Below, in pieces: positions 54,295-63,993 of a DNA stretch of 64,000 bases. The stretch is from a virus (lineage: Duplodnaviria; Caudoviricetes), in the IMG/VR virus record IMGVR_UViG_3300025018_000091; one strand, given 5' to 3'. A program made the translations under genes and the position numbers. The notes below the pieces were generated by a model, which saw nothing but the letters and a program-made list of their open reading frames with translations, was not told the DNA's origin and made no database searches. How positions within the stretch are numbered: position 1 is the first letter of the stretch; each line of letters opens with the position of its first letter.

Positions 54295-55122
54295 ATGTCA
54301 TTATTTCCAAATATCAACTCACCAGCAAAGTTTTTAACTACTAAATCTTGGATTATAAATAGATTTTTTACCAACTATGGTTACATTGAAGATGGTTCTG
54401 GCAATGATCTATTATATTCATCCAGTCCAATGGTTACTACTCCAATTAGAAATACATCTTCATTAAAGAATTGGTTTAAGCCAATTAGTAATCAATATCA
54501 TATTGGTTCTTGTGTAGCTAATGCGGCAGCTGATTCATTTGAAGCGATGTTAGCTAGAAGAAAAAACTGTGATCCATCATTAATTGAAGATCTATCTAGA
54601 TTGTTTATTTATTGGAATGCTAGAAATTTAGCTAATCCACCTATTTATAATGTAGATAAGGGTTCGAGTATAAGATTAGCATTTGATAGTATAGCAAGAT
54701 ATGGTGTTCCTAGTGAGAAAACATATCCTTACATTTTTAGTAAGGTAAACGATAGACCAACTATATTATCTTATCGTGAAGCTATTAAAAATAGGATAAG
54801 TAAATTCTATAGAATAGATGGTAAGGGTGATGTAAGGATATTACAGATAATGCAAGCATTATCGGCGGGATATCCTGTTGTATTTGGAACTAAAGTTACT
54901 GAAAGTTTTAAACAAGTAAAGAGTGATGCTATTGTTTTTTATCCAAATGGAGGATGGATAGGTGGTCATGCTATGGTTATAGTAGGATGGTCAGAATCTA
55001 AACAAGCATTTGAAGTAAGAAACTCTTGGGGCGAAGATTGGGGAGTTAAAGGATATTGCTGGATGGATAAAGGCTATATTACGGCAAGTGTAACTGCAGA
55101 CATTTGGGTTCCAACAGTTTAA
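54295..55122 (+). CDS. papain-family (C1A) cysteine protease
   Basis: QYHIGSCVANA, GGHAMVIVG, VRNSWG catalytic motifs; AGGAG RBS. Confidence 0.92.
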   Translation: MSLFPNINSPAKFLTTKSWIINRFFTNYGYIEDGSGNDLLYSSSPMVTTPIRNTSSLKNWFKPISNQYHIGSCVANAAADSFEAMLARRKNCDPSLIEDLSRLFIYWNARNLANPPIYNVDKGSSIRLAFDSIARYGVPSEKTYPYIFSKVNDRPTILSYREAIKNRISKFYRIDGKGDVRILQIMQALSAGYPVVFGTKVTESFKQVKSDAIVFYPNGGWIGGHAMVIVGWSESKQAFEVRNSWGEDWGVKGYCWMDKGYITASVTADIWVPTV

Positions 55123-55131
55123 GGAGAAGTT

Positions 55132-55485
55132 ATGAAGCTACTAAATATTATGGTTATTCTTTTGAGTTTGGTTGGATGCGCTCATTGTGGACCAAAAGAT
55201 GAGCCCAATATTCGTACACAACCTGGTATTGAATATTGTGGAGCTATGTGTCAAATCTTTACAGACAAACAATGTACTGGATACTATGAAGATATTGAGA
55301 TTAATTGTTTTTCAGACCCAGCATATATGGATATGAAACAATGTGAAGCTACAGAAGATGGTATGGCTGTTTTAACTTGTACAGAATTTTGTGAATATCA
55401 AATGAAGAATTCAGTTCAACTTAATCCTCAATGCTTATCTGAAAACTTATTAGTATGTTCAGAGATAGAAGAGATATGTCAATAA
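55132..55485 (+). CDS. Cys-rich lipoprotein
   Basis: LLSLVGC lipobox; 11 Cys; AGGAG RBS; co-oriented with the protease. Confidence 0.75.
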   Translation: MKLLNIMVILLSLVGCAHCGPKDEPNIRTQPGIEYCGAMCQIFTDKQCTGYYEDIEINCFSDPAYMDMKQCEATEDGMAVLTCTEFCEYQMKNSVQLNPQCLSENLLVCSEIEEICQ

Positions 55486-55914
55486 TCAAGAGAATAGAAG
55501 TAACAACTTAATCTTATTTTTTATTTTATCTGGCAATTGGTGATGGTTATCCCAAGGGATATTTACTACGCCATCAATTGCCAATATTCTATTGTAGATA
55601 AAAGAATTTGCTTTATCTTTAGTTTTAATCATTCTACCTTGAGGAGATGGTTTATAACTATAAATAGCTGGTCTTTTTTCAATTTTATATACTTGTGTTT
55701 TCTTTTGAAGATAGTTGATATGTATTTTATATGGCAAAGAAATAACTGTTGCGTCCTGAAGTTTACCTAAATTATAAACAATATACGTAGCATGAGTCAT
55801 TGGAATCATTGAATTATATTCTGGAACTGGTTCTCTTTTATCGGGGCATGACCATATAGTATTACTATATGATGGTCGCATTTCCTTATTACATATGGGG
55901 CATTGAAAATTCAT
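55486..55914 (-). CDS. array protein
   Basis: CPIC; ends NKIKLLLLFS*. Confidence 0.8.
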   Translation of the reverse strand: MNFQCPICNKEMRPSYSNTIWSCPDKREPVPEYNSMIPMTHATYIVYNLGKLQDATVISLPYKIHINYLQKKTQVYKIEKRPAIYSYKPSPQGRMIKTKDKANSFIYNRILAIDGVVNIPWDNHHQLPDKIKNKIKLLLLFS

Positions 55915-55924
55915 TTCATTTAAC

Positions 55925-56266
55925 TCAGGAGAATAATATTATTGTTTTGATTTTATTGTCAATATATTCATCAGTGACATTTACCAGATTTATTGCTTTA
56001 TATATATTGCATATTTCTATTCCAGTAAGATTTTCAGATATAATAGTTTTATTATAACAGTAACTTATATTTACTATATATTCTTTTGTTTCTATACATA
56101 TTCCTTCTATTTCTTCATCATCTCCTGATGGGGTACATTTATAGCTAAAAGAAAATTTATGACAGTCATTGCAGAACTTATTGAAGTAGAATCTTTTATT
56201 TTCTTCATTACCAGTTTGGAGTTTGCTCCAATTATTGGAATGGCATCTTGGGCATTCGTTATACAT
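55925..56266 (-). CDS. array protein
   Basis: CPRC..CNDC; ends NKIKTIILFS*. Confidence 0.8.
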   Translation of the reverse strand: MYNECPRCHSNNWSKLQTGNEENKRFYFNKFCNDCHKFSFSYKCTPSGDDEEIEGICIETKEYIVNISYCYNKTIISENLTGIEICNIYKAINLVNVTDEYIDNKIKTIILFS

Positions 56267-56273
56267 AATAAAC

Positions 56274-56651
56274 TCAAATGAATAGTGAATAAATTTTAAT
56301 CTTTTTCTTTATATCTTCCACATTATCTTCAACTAAAAATAGTGGATTAGTAATTTGGGCTATTTGTCTAGAGTAATAAGTTGCGGAATTACTATATTTT
56401 TCATTTAGATAAACTTCTGTTTGTTCTTTTGTTGACCAAATCATTATTGGAGGAATAAAATAGTGAAATAGGACTTCTCCACTCTTATATCTTATAAACT
56501 CATAGTGAGAGTATCCAACATTATCTACTCTATAATAATTATCTTTTTCTCTGCAAAAATAGATTTTACAAACTGAGTTATTAGTTTCATTCATATATGA
56601 ATTGCATATTGGGCATTTCATATAATCTACTGTTTCGTCTGGATATTTCAT
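56274..56651 (-). CDS. array protein
   Basis: CPIC; ends KKIKIYSLFI*. Confidence 0.8.
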   Translation of the reverse strand: MKYPDETVDYMKCPICNSYMNETNNSVCKIYFCREKDNYYRVDNVGYSHYEFIRYKSGEVLFHYFIPPIMIWSTKEQTEVYLNEKYSNSATYYSRQIAQITNPLFLVEDNVEDIKKKIKIYSLFI

Positions 56652-57043
56652 AGGAATAAAGCTAAAGTCTTTATTTTGTTATGTGCTTTTGTTAGATCTG
56701 GAAAGTCCCAAATGATTAATCTATTCTTAAGAAGAATCTTTTCTGTAGATTTTTCTAAAGAGTAATATTCTAAAGAGGTTGAGTGAGATACATAGTTAAC
56801 AATTATAGAATAACTTTTACCTGAGAAATCTACTTTTTCGTATAGTAAATCTCCATATAGTGATGCTACTTGAAAATATAAATGAGTTGGTAGATTTTTG
56901 CCAATATCAGCAATATCAGAATGATTACATATCGATTCTACAAATGAGAAATTCTTTTCATTTAAGACCACACATGGTTTTCTAATATATGTAGAATATA
57001 TTAAATCTTTTTTGCAAACTGGACAAACTTCATATGTTTTCAT
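56648..57043 (-). CDS. array protein
   Basis: CPVC; ends NKIKTLALFL*. Confidence 0.8.
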   Translation of the reverse strand: MKTYEVCPVCKKDLIYSTYIRKPCVVLNEKNFSFVESICNHSDIADIGKNLPTHLYFQVASLYGDLLYEKVDFSGKSYSIIVNYVSHSTSLEYYSLEKSTEKILLKNRLIIWDFPDLTKAHNKIKTLALFL

Positions 57044-57409
57044 TTAACTAAACGTTATAAATAACGATACTTTCTCTTTTAGTTTCTTAAGTTCTGGAAA
57101 ATCTGGTTCAATTAATTTGGGAACTTGGATATTCATATTACATTTACTATTTACTAACAACACAATCCTTGACTTCTTATTATAGAAGTCGAGGAATATA
57201 AATCGGCTATAATCTGGCACTAAAGATATTTTAAGTAAATCTACTTCATTGGTAGATTCATCTACATATATTTGTAATGAATGATTTGTGCCATTACATG
57301 TTCGTTCACTATAGCTAGATGATTTGCCGACAAATAATAGAAATTTATTGTATCTCCTAATTCCTGTCATTAAATCACCGCAAATAGGGCAATGCCAAGT
57401 CTCCTGCAT
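57044..57409 (-). CDS. array protein (EPD subfamily)
   Basis: CPICGD; IEPDFP; ends EKVSLFITFS*. Confidence 0.8.
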   Translation of the reverse strand: MQETWHCPICGDLMTGIRRYNKFLLFVGKSSSYSERTCNGTNHSLQIYVDESTNEVDLLKISLVPDYSRFIFLDFYNKKSRIVLLVNSKCNMNIQVPKLIEPDFPELKKLKEKVSLFITFS

Positions 57410-57450
57410 ACACTAATATATAACCACCTATAATACAAAAAATTAGGTGA

Positions 57451-57858
57451 TCAAGAAAAAGCTTTTATATTCAGGAGTCTGGTAATTACATTATATGCCG
57501 ATAAAACATCATACCATTCTATAATAGAATTAATTACGCAAATATCATTTGTTACATAATCGGGATCCTTATCTAAGTCTATAAATGGTACTATTTTAGA
57601 TAGATAGGTTAGATTCTTTTTTGTATTATATCCGAGAATGTAATTTTCTTCATCTATTTTCAAAATAATCTGTTCTGATATACATTTTCCTTCTTCATAT
57701 GTGCAGACATACCTTGTGTATGGTCGTAAATCACAACAAGATTCACAAGTATACACATTAGTTGTGCCGACAGATAAATCTAAAAATGTTCTATGAGCCA
57801 TAAATCCGCCACATATCAAACATGCTTTTGATTCTAAGATTTTAGGAGAAGATAACAT
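57451..57858 (-). CDS. array protein (variant tail)
   Basis: CLICG..CESC; ends RLLNIKAFS*. Confidence 0.75.
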   Translation of the reverse strand: MLSSPKILESKACLICGGFMAHRTFLDLSVGTTNVYTCESCCDLRPYTRYVCTYEEGKCISEQIILKIDEENYILGYNTKKNLTYLSKIVPFIDLDKDPDYVTNDICVINSIIEWYDVLSAYNVITRLLNIKAFS

Positions 57859-58168
57859 ATGTATTTAATTTCTGTGCTAGTTTCTCGTATAGATAAAAAT
57901 CTGGTTCAAACCAAGGTAATTCATATGATGATTTTCCATCCAATCTTTCTACAATCAATTTTTTAATTTTAAATAACCATGTAAAATTATTTCCATGTAA
58001 ATCTTTTGCTCTTAAAGATATCGAAAGTAAATCATCCCAATCATTAAAAGTGAATACAATTATATGATGTTTATTAGAACATATTTTTTCCTGTTTATAA
58101 TAATTAGATTGAGACGTTCTTAAGGTTTTATCGCAGATTGGACAGGTTAATAAATTAGCTTTAATCAT
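57842..58168 (-). CDS. array protein (LPWFEPD subfamily)
   Basis: CPIC; ends QKLNTYVIFS*. Confidence 0.8.
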   Translation of the reverse strand: MIKANLLTCPICDKTLRTSQSNYYKQEKICSNKHHIIVFTFNDWDDLLSISLRAKDLHGNNFTWLFKIKKLIVERLDGKSSYELPWFEPDFYLYEKLAQKLNTYVIFS

Positions 58169-58554
58169 TAGCTAAAACACATATAAGTTTTGATTTTGTT
58201 TAATAATTTAGGAAAATCAGATAAATCTGGTTCAAACCAGGGCAATTTTGTTGTACTTTGATATTCCCAACCTGGAGTCATAGTGGTAGGACCAACTGTT
58301 CTGCCTTTTATTAAAATAGATGGTCCTATAAATATACGTCGTTCAACAAAATTCCAACTTACACTAAACTTAGATTTTTTACTATTTTTTAAATCTGTAT
58401 AGCTCATAACTAATAAATTGTAATTTTCGTCTATTACCAATTTAAATATATGATTTAATCTTTTGTCACAAGCTTTAGTAGATTTAGCTATAGCAGGGAA
58501 GAAATCATTAACTAAGATATCTCCACATATAGGACATTTACTAGGAATTATCAT
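58168..58554 (-). CDS. array protein (LPWFEPD subfamily)
   Basis: CPICGD; ends NKIKTYMCFS*. Confidence 0.8.
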   Translation of the reverse strand: MIIPSKCPICGDILVNDFFPAIAKSTKACDKRLNHIFKLVIDENYNLLVMSYTDLKNSKKSKFSVSWNFVERRIFIGPSILIKGRTVGPTTMTPGWEYQSTTKLPWFEPDLSDFPKLLNKIKTYMCFS

Positions 58555-58895
58555 GAGAATAACACGTATGTTTTTAATTTGTTCAAAAAAGATTTCTTAC
58601 TTTTTATATCTGGTTCAAACCAAGGTAGAATTGTAGTTGTGTCAAATTTACCAACTGGTACTTTAGATGGTGCAAACCATGTCTGTCTGTTAGTAAAATT
58701 CCAATAAAATATAGCGAAATCTAAAACTATTTCAACTAAATGAACTTCTTCTTTAGAATCAAGACAACAATAATATTTATGATCTAATCTTTTATTACAC
58801 GTTTTAGTTAAAGCACCAGATTTACTCATTAAGTTATTTTTATATTCATTCAAAAGAATATCATTACATAGTGGGCAACGAATTGGTATTATCAT
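58551..58895 (-). CDS. array protein (LPWFEPD subfamily)
   Basis: CPLCND; ends NKLKTYVLFS*. Confidence 0.8.
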   Translation of the reverse strand: MIIPIRCPLCNDILLNEYKNNLMSKSGALTKTCNKRLDHKYYCCLDSKEEVHLVEIVLDFAIFYWNFTNRQTWFAPSKVPVGKFDTTTILPWFEPDIKSKKSFLNKLKTYVLFS

Positions 58896-59281
58896 GCAAA
58901 TAAAATGAATGTTTTGATTTTACGAATAATTGATTCCCTATCATCATAATTAGGAATAATTGTTTTATTAATAACATGACGATGAGTCTTACTATTTTTA
59001 GTCCATACTTGAGAATTTCCCTCATCATAATTAATTTTAAGGTACAATTTTTCTCCGTTATGGTCTCGAAGACTTAATTTAACTTTGGATAGTTCTTTTA
59101 CACATTTACCATTTTCATCCATAATGAAATTACCATTTTCATCTTTTACATCAGACAATCTTTCTGAGAAGAAGTGGTCATATTTTTTACAGAAGTAATC
59201 GGTATAAAGTACAGTACGTTCTGCCTCTAAATTACTACTACAAAAGGGGCACAGCCGCGTTTCCATGATATATAACTCCAT
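58892..59281 (-). CDS. array protein
   Basis: CPFC; ends RKIKTFILFA*. Confidence 0.8.
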   Translation of the reverse strand: MELYIMETRLCPFCSSNLEAERTVLYTDYFCKKYDHFFSERLSDVKDENGNFIMDENGKCVKELSKVKLSLRDHNGEKLYLKINYDEGNSQVWTKNSKTHRHVINKTIIPNYDDRESIIRKIKTFILFA

Positions 59282-59524
59282 ATGAAAGCAATAGTTTTGC
59301 GAGATAAAAAAAATAAAGAGATATACTTTCTAATACACCCTAAATCTGAGTTTGAATTTTACTCTGAAAATGGTCTAGATCTTTATATTACAATAGGAAA
59401 GAATAATATAAATAAATCTGCATTATGTGTAGGTGGTGCAGTTTATGGTTACTATAATGATGATATGTTAGCCGAAACTGTAATTAAGATTATAGAAGAC
59501 CAAGATGAGTGCAAGCCGAGTTGA
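59282..59524 (+). CDS. hypothetical protein
   Basis: track ORF, divergent, overlaps the next + gene. Confidence 0.5.
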   Translation: MKAIVLRDKKNKEIYFLIHPKSEFEFYSENGLDLYITIGKNNINKSALCVGGAVYGYYNDDMLAETVIKIIEDQDECKPS

Positions 59525-59957
59525 GCATAAGTTCGAACAAACATTAGATTTTAGTAAGCCCAAACTTTCTAAAAGATATGTCTCCAGAGTTCTAAAGACA
59601 ACGAATTTTAACAACGTCGTTATCGATGCCAGTACGGGAAACATAACCCGCATCGAACACGAAGTCAAGGTGGGCATGTACGTAATTCACGTTATTTTAC
59701 CGTCAGAGCGGATCGGCAAATCTTTTAAATGCTTACATGATTATAAAAAAATGCACACAGAAATATCCAAGGTTAATACTACTAAAGAACAAAAGAAAAT
59801 AAATTTATTAAGAGATAATCTATTTGTTAATCAAAGATGGGTTCATAAAAATCATCGTCCTATAAATCATACTTGTGGCGGTTGGATTAAAATTAATGAC
59901 CTTGTAAATGCTATACTATATTGCAATAGAATAAGTAGACTAAAAGCATTCTTATGA
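59505..59957 (+). CDS. hypothetical protein with variant tail, no Zn ribbon
   Basis: ends CNRISRLKAFL*. Confidence 0.7.
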   Translation: MSASRVEHKFEQTLDFSKPKLSKRYVSRVLKTTNFNNVVIDASTGNITRIEHEVKVGMYVIHVILPSERIGKSFKCLHDYKKMHTEISKVNTTKEQKKINLLRDNLFVNQRWVHKNHRPINHTCGGWIKINDLVNAILYCNRISRLKAFL

Positions 59958-60515
59958 AAATAAGATATATGTTCTCATCTTATTAACTAGCTTTTCTTTT
60001 GTCTTAAATCTATAAAGTGGAAGAAGTGGTATATTCATCTTCATCATCTTATTTGTGTTTTTATCTAAAACATTTATTTTAGTTTCATTTTCAGAATACT
60101 CTGACATTAAGCTATAAAATACATTTTTTGATGTTGTAGATAATACTTCTCGTAATATAGTAATTGGTCTAATAAACATCTTTCTATCAAATTGAAGCGG
60201 ATTACTATATATAAAGTTCTGACAAAACTTACAGTTGCTAGAGATATATAGCTCTCTACACCCTAAATAAGAAATAAATTCTTCCATATTAGATACTTTA
60301 AACTTATTATCACTTATAGATATCTGAAGATTTAGGCTATGAGAATACTTTATTCTAAGTGTGACATCAATTATATTATTTTTTAAAAACTGAGGTAGCT
60401 TTTGAAATTGGTTAGATTCAGGGTTGTTACTTAATACATTAATGGTCACTTTCTTTCCACAAGAAAAACAAGGACCATTATAAAGAATGAAATCTTTTAC
60501 CGTAAAATTCTTCAT
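59952..60515 (-). CDS. array protein (long form)
   Basis: CFSC..CKFC; ends NKMRTYILFS*. Confidence 0.8.
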   Translation of the reverse strand: MKNFTVKDFILYNGPCFSCGKKVTINVLSNNPESNQFQKLPQFLKNNIIDVTLRIKYSHSLNLQISISDNKFKVSNMEEFISYLGCRELYISSNCKFCQNFIYSNPLQFDRKMFIRPITILREVLSTTSKNVFYSLMSEYSENETKINVLDKNTNKMMKMNIPLLPLYRFKTKEKLVNKMRTYILFS

Positions 60516-61603
60516 TTTGCAGCACGTAAATAAGCCTCTATAAATGGCTGTAAGTCACCATCCATTACTATATCAGTATTTCTATTTTCATAATCTGTTC
60601 TATGGTCTTTTACTAATTGATATGGATTGAAATAATACGTTCTAATTTGGCTTCCAAAAGCAATATCTTGTTGAGCAGATAGTTGTGCTTCTTTTTCAGA
60701 ATTCTTTTTCTTCATTTCTATATCATATAGTTTACTTTTTAGCATTTTTAAAGCTGTTTTCTTATTAGACAACTGATCTCTTTCAGTTCTAACAAGAATA
60801 TTGATGCCAGATGGAATATGTTTTAATCTAATGGCGCTTGCCACTTTGTTTACATTTTGACCACCAGGACCACCAGCAGTTTGAGCAGTAATCTCGATAT
60901 CTTTATCCTCAATCTTGATATTGATTGTATCCTCAACATCTGGTAATACTGATACTGCCGCAAAAGAAGTATGTCTGGCATCTCCTGCATTAAATGGAGA
61001 ATTTCTTATTAATCTATGTACGCCAGATTCTCCTTTTAGAAAACCATAAGCATAGGGACCTTCAATTCTATATGATACTGAGTCGGTACAAATGGAACTA
61101 TGTTCGTCACATGGTTTATTATCTAAACATTCCACATTTAAATTATAACTATCCGCCCATCTCAGGTACATACGAGATAGCATCGTTACCCAGTTAGCGG
61201 CTTCTAGACCCCCTGCACCCGCGTTAATCGTTAATATAGCGGGACTGTTAGCCATAGGATCGGTCATCATATGAAGAAATTCCATATCAGAAAGTTCTTT
61301 ATAGAGATGTGAGATTTCATCATGTTGTTCTGGTAATTCTTCTGGAAGAATATCTACCAGTTCTTCATAAAAATGCGTCAAATTTAAGAACGTCTCAAAT
61401 TTATCTACAAAATCTGATAATCTTTGTCGTTCTTTCATCATTGCTCCAGCTTGTTTAGGATCATTCCAGATATTTGGAGCTAACATTTTATTGTCTATTT
61501 CGTCTATTTTTGTAACATATTTTTCATAATCAAACATGTTACGTATTGAATTTATCTTATCGCGACATAACGATACTAATTGTTGTGTTTCCATGGTTTT
61601 CAC
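60512..61603 (-). CDS. prfB: peptide chain release factor 2, no internal frameshift
   Basis: GGPGGQNVNK, SPF specificity tripeptide (RNSPF), GAGGLEA, ESGVHRL, FGSQIRTY. Confidence 0.95.
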   Translation of the reverse strand: MKTMETQQLVSLCRDKINSIRNMFDYEKYVTKIDEIDNKMLAPNIWNDPKQAGAMMKERQRLSDFVDKFETFLNLTHFYEELVDILPEELPEQHDEISHLYKELSDMEFLHMMTDPMANSPAILTINAGAGGLEAANWVTMLSRMYLRWADSYNLNVECLDNKPCDEHSSICTDSVSYRIEGPYAYGFLKGESGVHRLIRNSPFNAGDARHTSFAAVSVLPDVEDTINIKIEDKDIEITAQTAGGPGGQNVNKVASAIRLKHIPSGINILVRTERDQLSNKKTALKMLKSKLYDIEMKKKNSEKEAQLSAQQDIAFGSQIRTYYFNPYQLVKDHRTDYENRNTDIVMDGDLQPFIEAYLRAAK

Positions 61604-62013
61604 GCAAAGGTAAGGGATAATTTAACTTTTTTCTTCAGTCTTGTTAGTTTAGGATAATCTGGCTCTATTATAAATGGTAATCCTAGAGATCTAGATTCAG
61701 TATTAGCTTCTCTTGTCCATATTAGAGATCTATTCTCCAAGTATACGTTAGAGAACATAACGTATTTGTTTCCGATATTAATTGAGAATTCGTCAAATAA
61801 AACTACATCAGGGTTAAGTTTGTCAGAAAAATACCCATAATAATGAAGCGGATCTTTTGAAGAGGGATGAAAATGTGTTGCACTTATTAAAATTAATTTA
61901 TTTCCGGGAAAATATCTTTTAAGAAAACCGACACCATCTCTAGCCTCCTCTATAAATAACTTATTATTACATACCGGACACGTATTGTTTTTTATATTAG
62001 TTAATGGAATCAT
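61600..62013 (-). CDS. array protein (EPD subfamily)
   Basis: CPVC; IEPDYP; ends KKVKLSLTFA*. Confidence 0.8.
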   Translation of the reverse strand: MIPLTNIKNNTCPVCNNKLFIEEARDGVGFLKRYFPGNKLILISATHFHPSSKDPLHYYGYFSDKLNPDVVLFDEFSINIGNKYVMFSNVYLENRSLIWTREANTESRSLGLPFIIEPDYPKLTRLKKKVKLSLTFA

Positions 62014-62681
62014 GAGAATAGTACATATGTTTTAATCTTTTTGATTAAATAATCTTTGTCTAACATTTTATATAAATCAAGTTTAGGTAATGTTGCAATA
62101 GTATTTTTACTATCTAATAAATAAGTATTTGGTGAATCTATTGAAGATATTAAGCTAAATTTTTTACTATCTATAATGACAGTAACTGCTTCGGCACTAA
62201 TGACCAATGGATAAATTCTTCTTGTTAATGTTCCTAATACTAAATTAGAACTTTGATATCTGTATTTGAATCCACTACGCAAACAATCTCTGTTATCACA
62301 TTTTTTCAATAAAAACATATCATATTCCAATATGATTTTTTGAATATTTTTAGTTAAACCATATGTTGTAAGTTGATTATTATATATATTTACAGAGAAA
62401 ACTTTAACTTTATGTTCTTCAGGATCATAACATGACCAACATGATAATTCGTCTTCTTTTAATCTAGAAAAATAACCAACATGATACAACTCATGCTCAA
62501 AACTATATCGTGATGGTTCCTCTGGATATGTAATACAATATAGTTTGGTAAGAGGATCTTGATTTATAATATTTCTACTATTTAAACTTAGTTCTAATTT
62601 ATTATTACAAAATGGACATTTATCCATTAATGATATAAAATCATGAATATTTTCGAAACGCATTATGACATTAAAATCCAA
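62010..62681 (-). CDS. array protein (long form)
   Basis: CPFC..CDNRDC; ends KKIKTYVLFS*. Confidence 0.8.
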   Translation of the reverse strand: MDFNVIMRFENIHDFISLMDKCPFCNNKLELSLNSRNIINQDPLTKLYCITYPEEPSRYSFEHELYHVGYFSRLKEDELSCWSCYDPEEHKVKVFSVNIYNNQLTTYGLTKNIQKIILEYDMFLLKKCDNRDCLRSGFKYRYQSSNLVLGTLTRRIYPLVISAEAVTVIIDSKKFSLISSIDSPNTYLLDSKNTIATLPKLDLYKMLDKDYLIKKIKTYVLFS

Positions 62682-63359
62682 TTATCCAACCTAGAAAATA
62701 GTTTATCTCTATCCTTTAGGTTAAAATTAGGTCTGCTTTTTAGCAAAGGTAATTGCTTTTCAAAAATGTTTGGAGAATAGTCTTTATCTTCAAGTTGCTC
62801 TTTTGAGCATGTATAATACCACAACATAGTATTATTATTTTCATAATCTATATTAACCATATAAACTTTTTCTAGATCATCGACCTTTCTGGTTAATGAA
62901 AAAGATTCGTCAGAATTTACTATTTTGTTTGCACTTTTTGATGTAGGTCTTATAACAATCTTTCCTGATTTAGTTTTTACACAATCTAATAATGTTGTCG
63001 TTCTATAGTAACATCCATAATATAAATAAATTTCATAATACAAGCCTTGCTTTTTCTTTAAAACCGTTATCATTGCACAAGAAAAATAGATACATTTGGT
63101 TTTCTAATACTTTATTTTTTAGTTTATCTGAACTAAAAATAATTTCCGTTCCCGTTTCGGTAAAATCCATATCTATATATTCATCATTGAATTCTGAATT
63201 AATACACTTAAACTGTTCAAATCTATATGAACGACTAGACGATCCTAAAATCGGAATACCTCTAAAACACATTGAATCTAGCAATTGTAAATATAATGTT
63301 AAAGATTCTCCACATATTGGACAGCTCTTATTAAAATCTAAAAATTTATTAAATCTCAT
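62663..63359 (-). pseudogene. array protein (long form) split across two frames near 63033..63073
   Basis: 63033..63359 has N-terminal CPICG; 62663..63073 has the tail SRLDNWILMS*. Confidence 0.6.
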
Positions 63360-63369
63360 TTTTTTTCTC

Positions 63370-63993
63370 TTACGTAAATGTTACGACCGTTAATATTCTG
63401 TTTTTTATTTTATCTTTATTAAACAGTTCGAAATTTATAAAAGGTGTTTCTATTGGATCACCATCTGGATTTTTATTTGATACGATTCTTGTTGTATTAT
63501 AAATATAATCGCTTTGGACCCAATACTTACCAATATTAATAGAATCAAAATACATAAAAAATGGTCTAATTGTGGTATACTCTATAAAATCTGTTCCAAC
63601 ATACTTATTAGATAGTCTATCACAAGTAATAAAGTTTGAATTAACAGTATAATTTAAACCACATTTTTTATTATCACAACTTAAAGAGATATGTGGCTTA
63701 TGCATTTCAAAAAGTTCAATAGTATTATTTCCACTAGAAGTGTGAGCTGGCTGTTTTTCTATAAATAACTCGTTCGATAATATATTTAACTTACACTTTA
63801 CGTCTACAATTGAGTGTCTATTAACATTTTTAAGACTAAATAGAAAATAATTATCTACTAATCTCGATTTAAATGTTGGTATCTCTCTACGTATTACAAA
63901 ACTAGTAAAAACAGGAGAAAGTTTTGAACCACAAAACACACATTTATCTCTAAAATCTATAAATTTCCATATATTTGAAAACACATTTTTCAT
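63370..63993 (-). CDS. array protein (long form)
   Basis: CVFCG..CDNKKC; ends NRILTVVTFT*. Confidence 0.8.
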   Translation of the reverse strand: MKNVFSNIWKFIDFRDKCVFCGSKLSPVFTSFVIRREIPTFKSRLVDNYFLFSLKNVNRHSIVDVKCKLNILSNELFIEKQPAHTSSGNNTIELFEMHKPHISLSCDNKKCGLNYTVNSNFITCDRLSNKYVGTDFIEYTTIRPFFMYFDSINIGKYWVQSDYIYNTTRIVSNKNPDGDPIETPFINFELFNKDKIKNRILTVVTFT

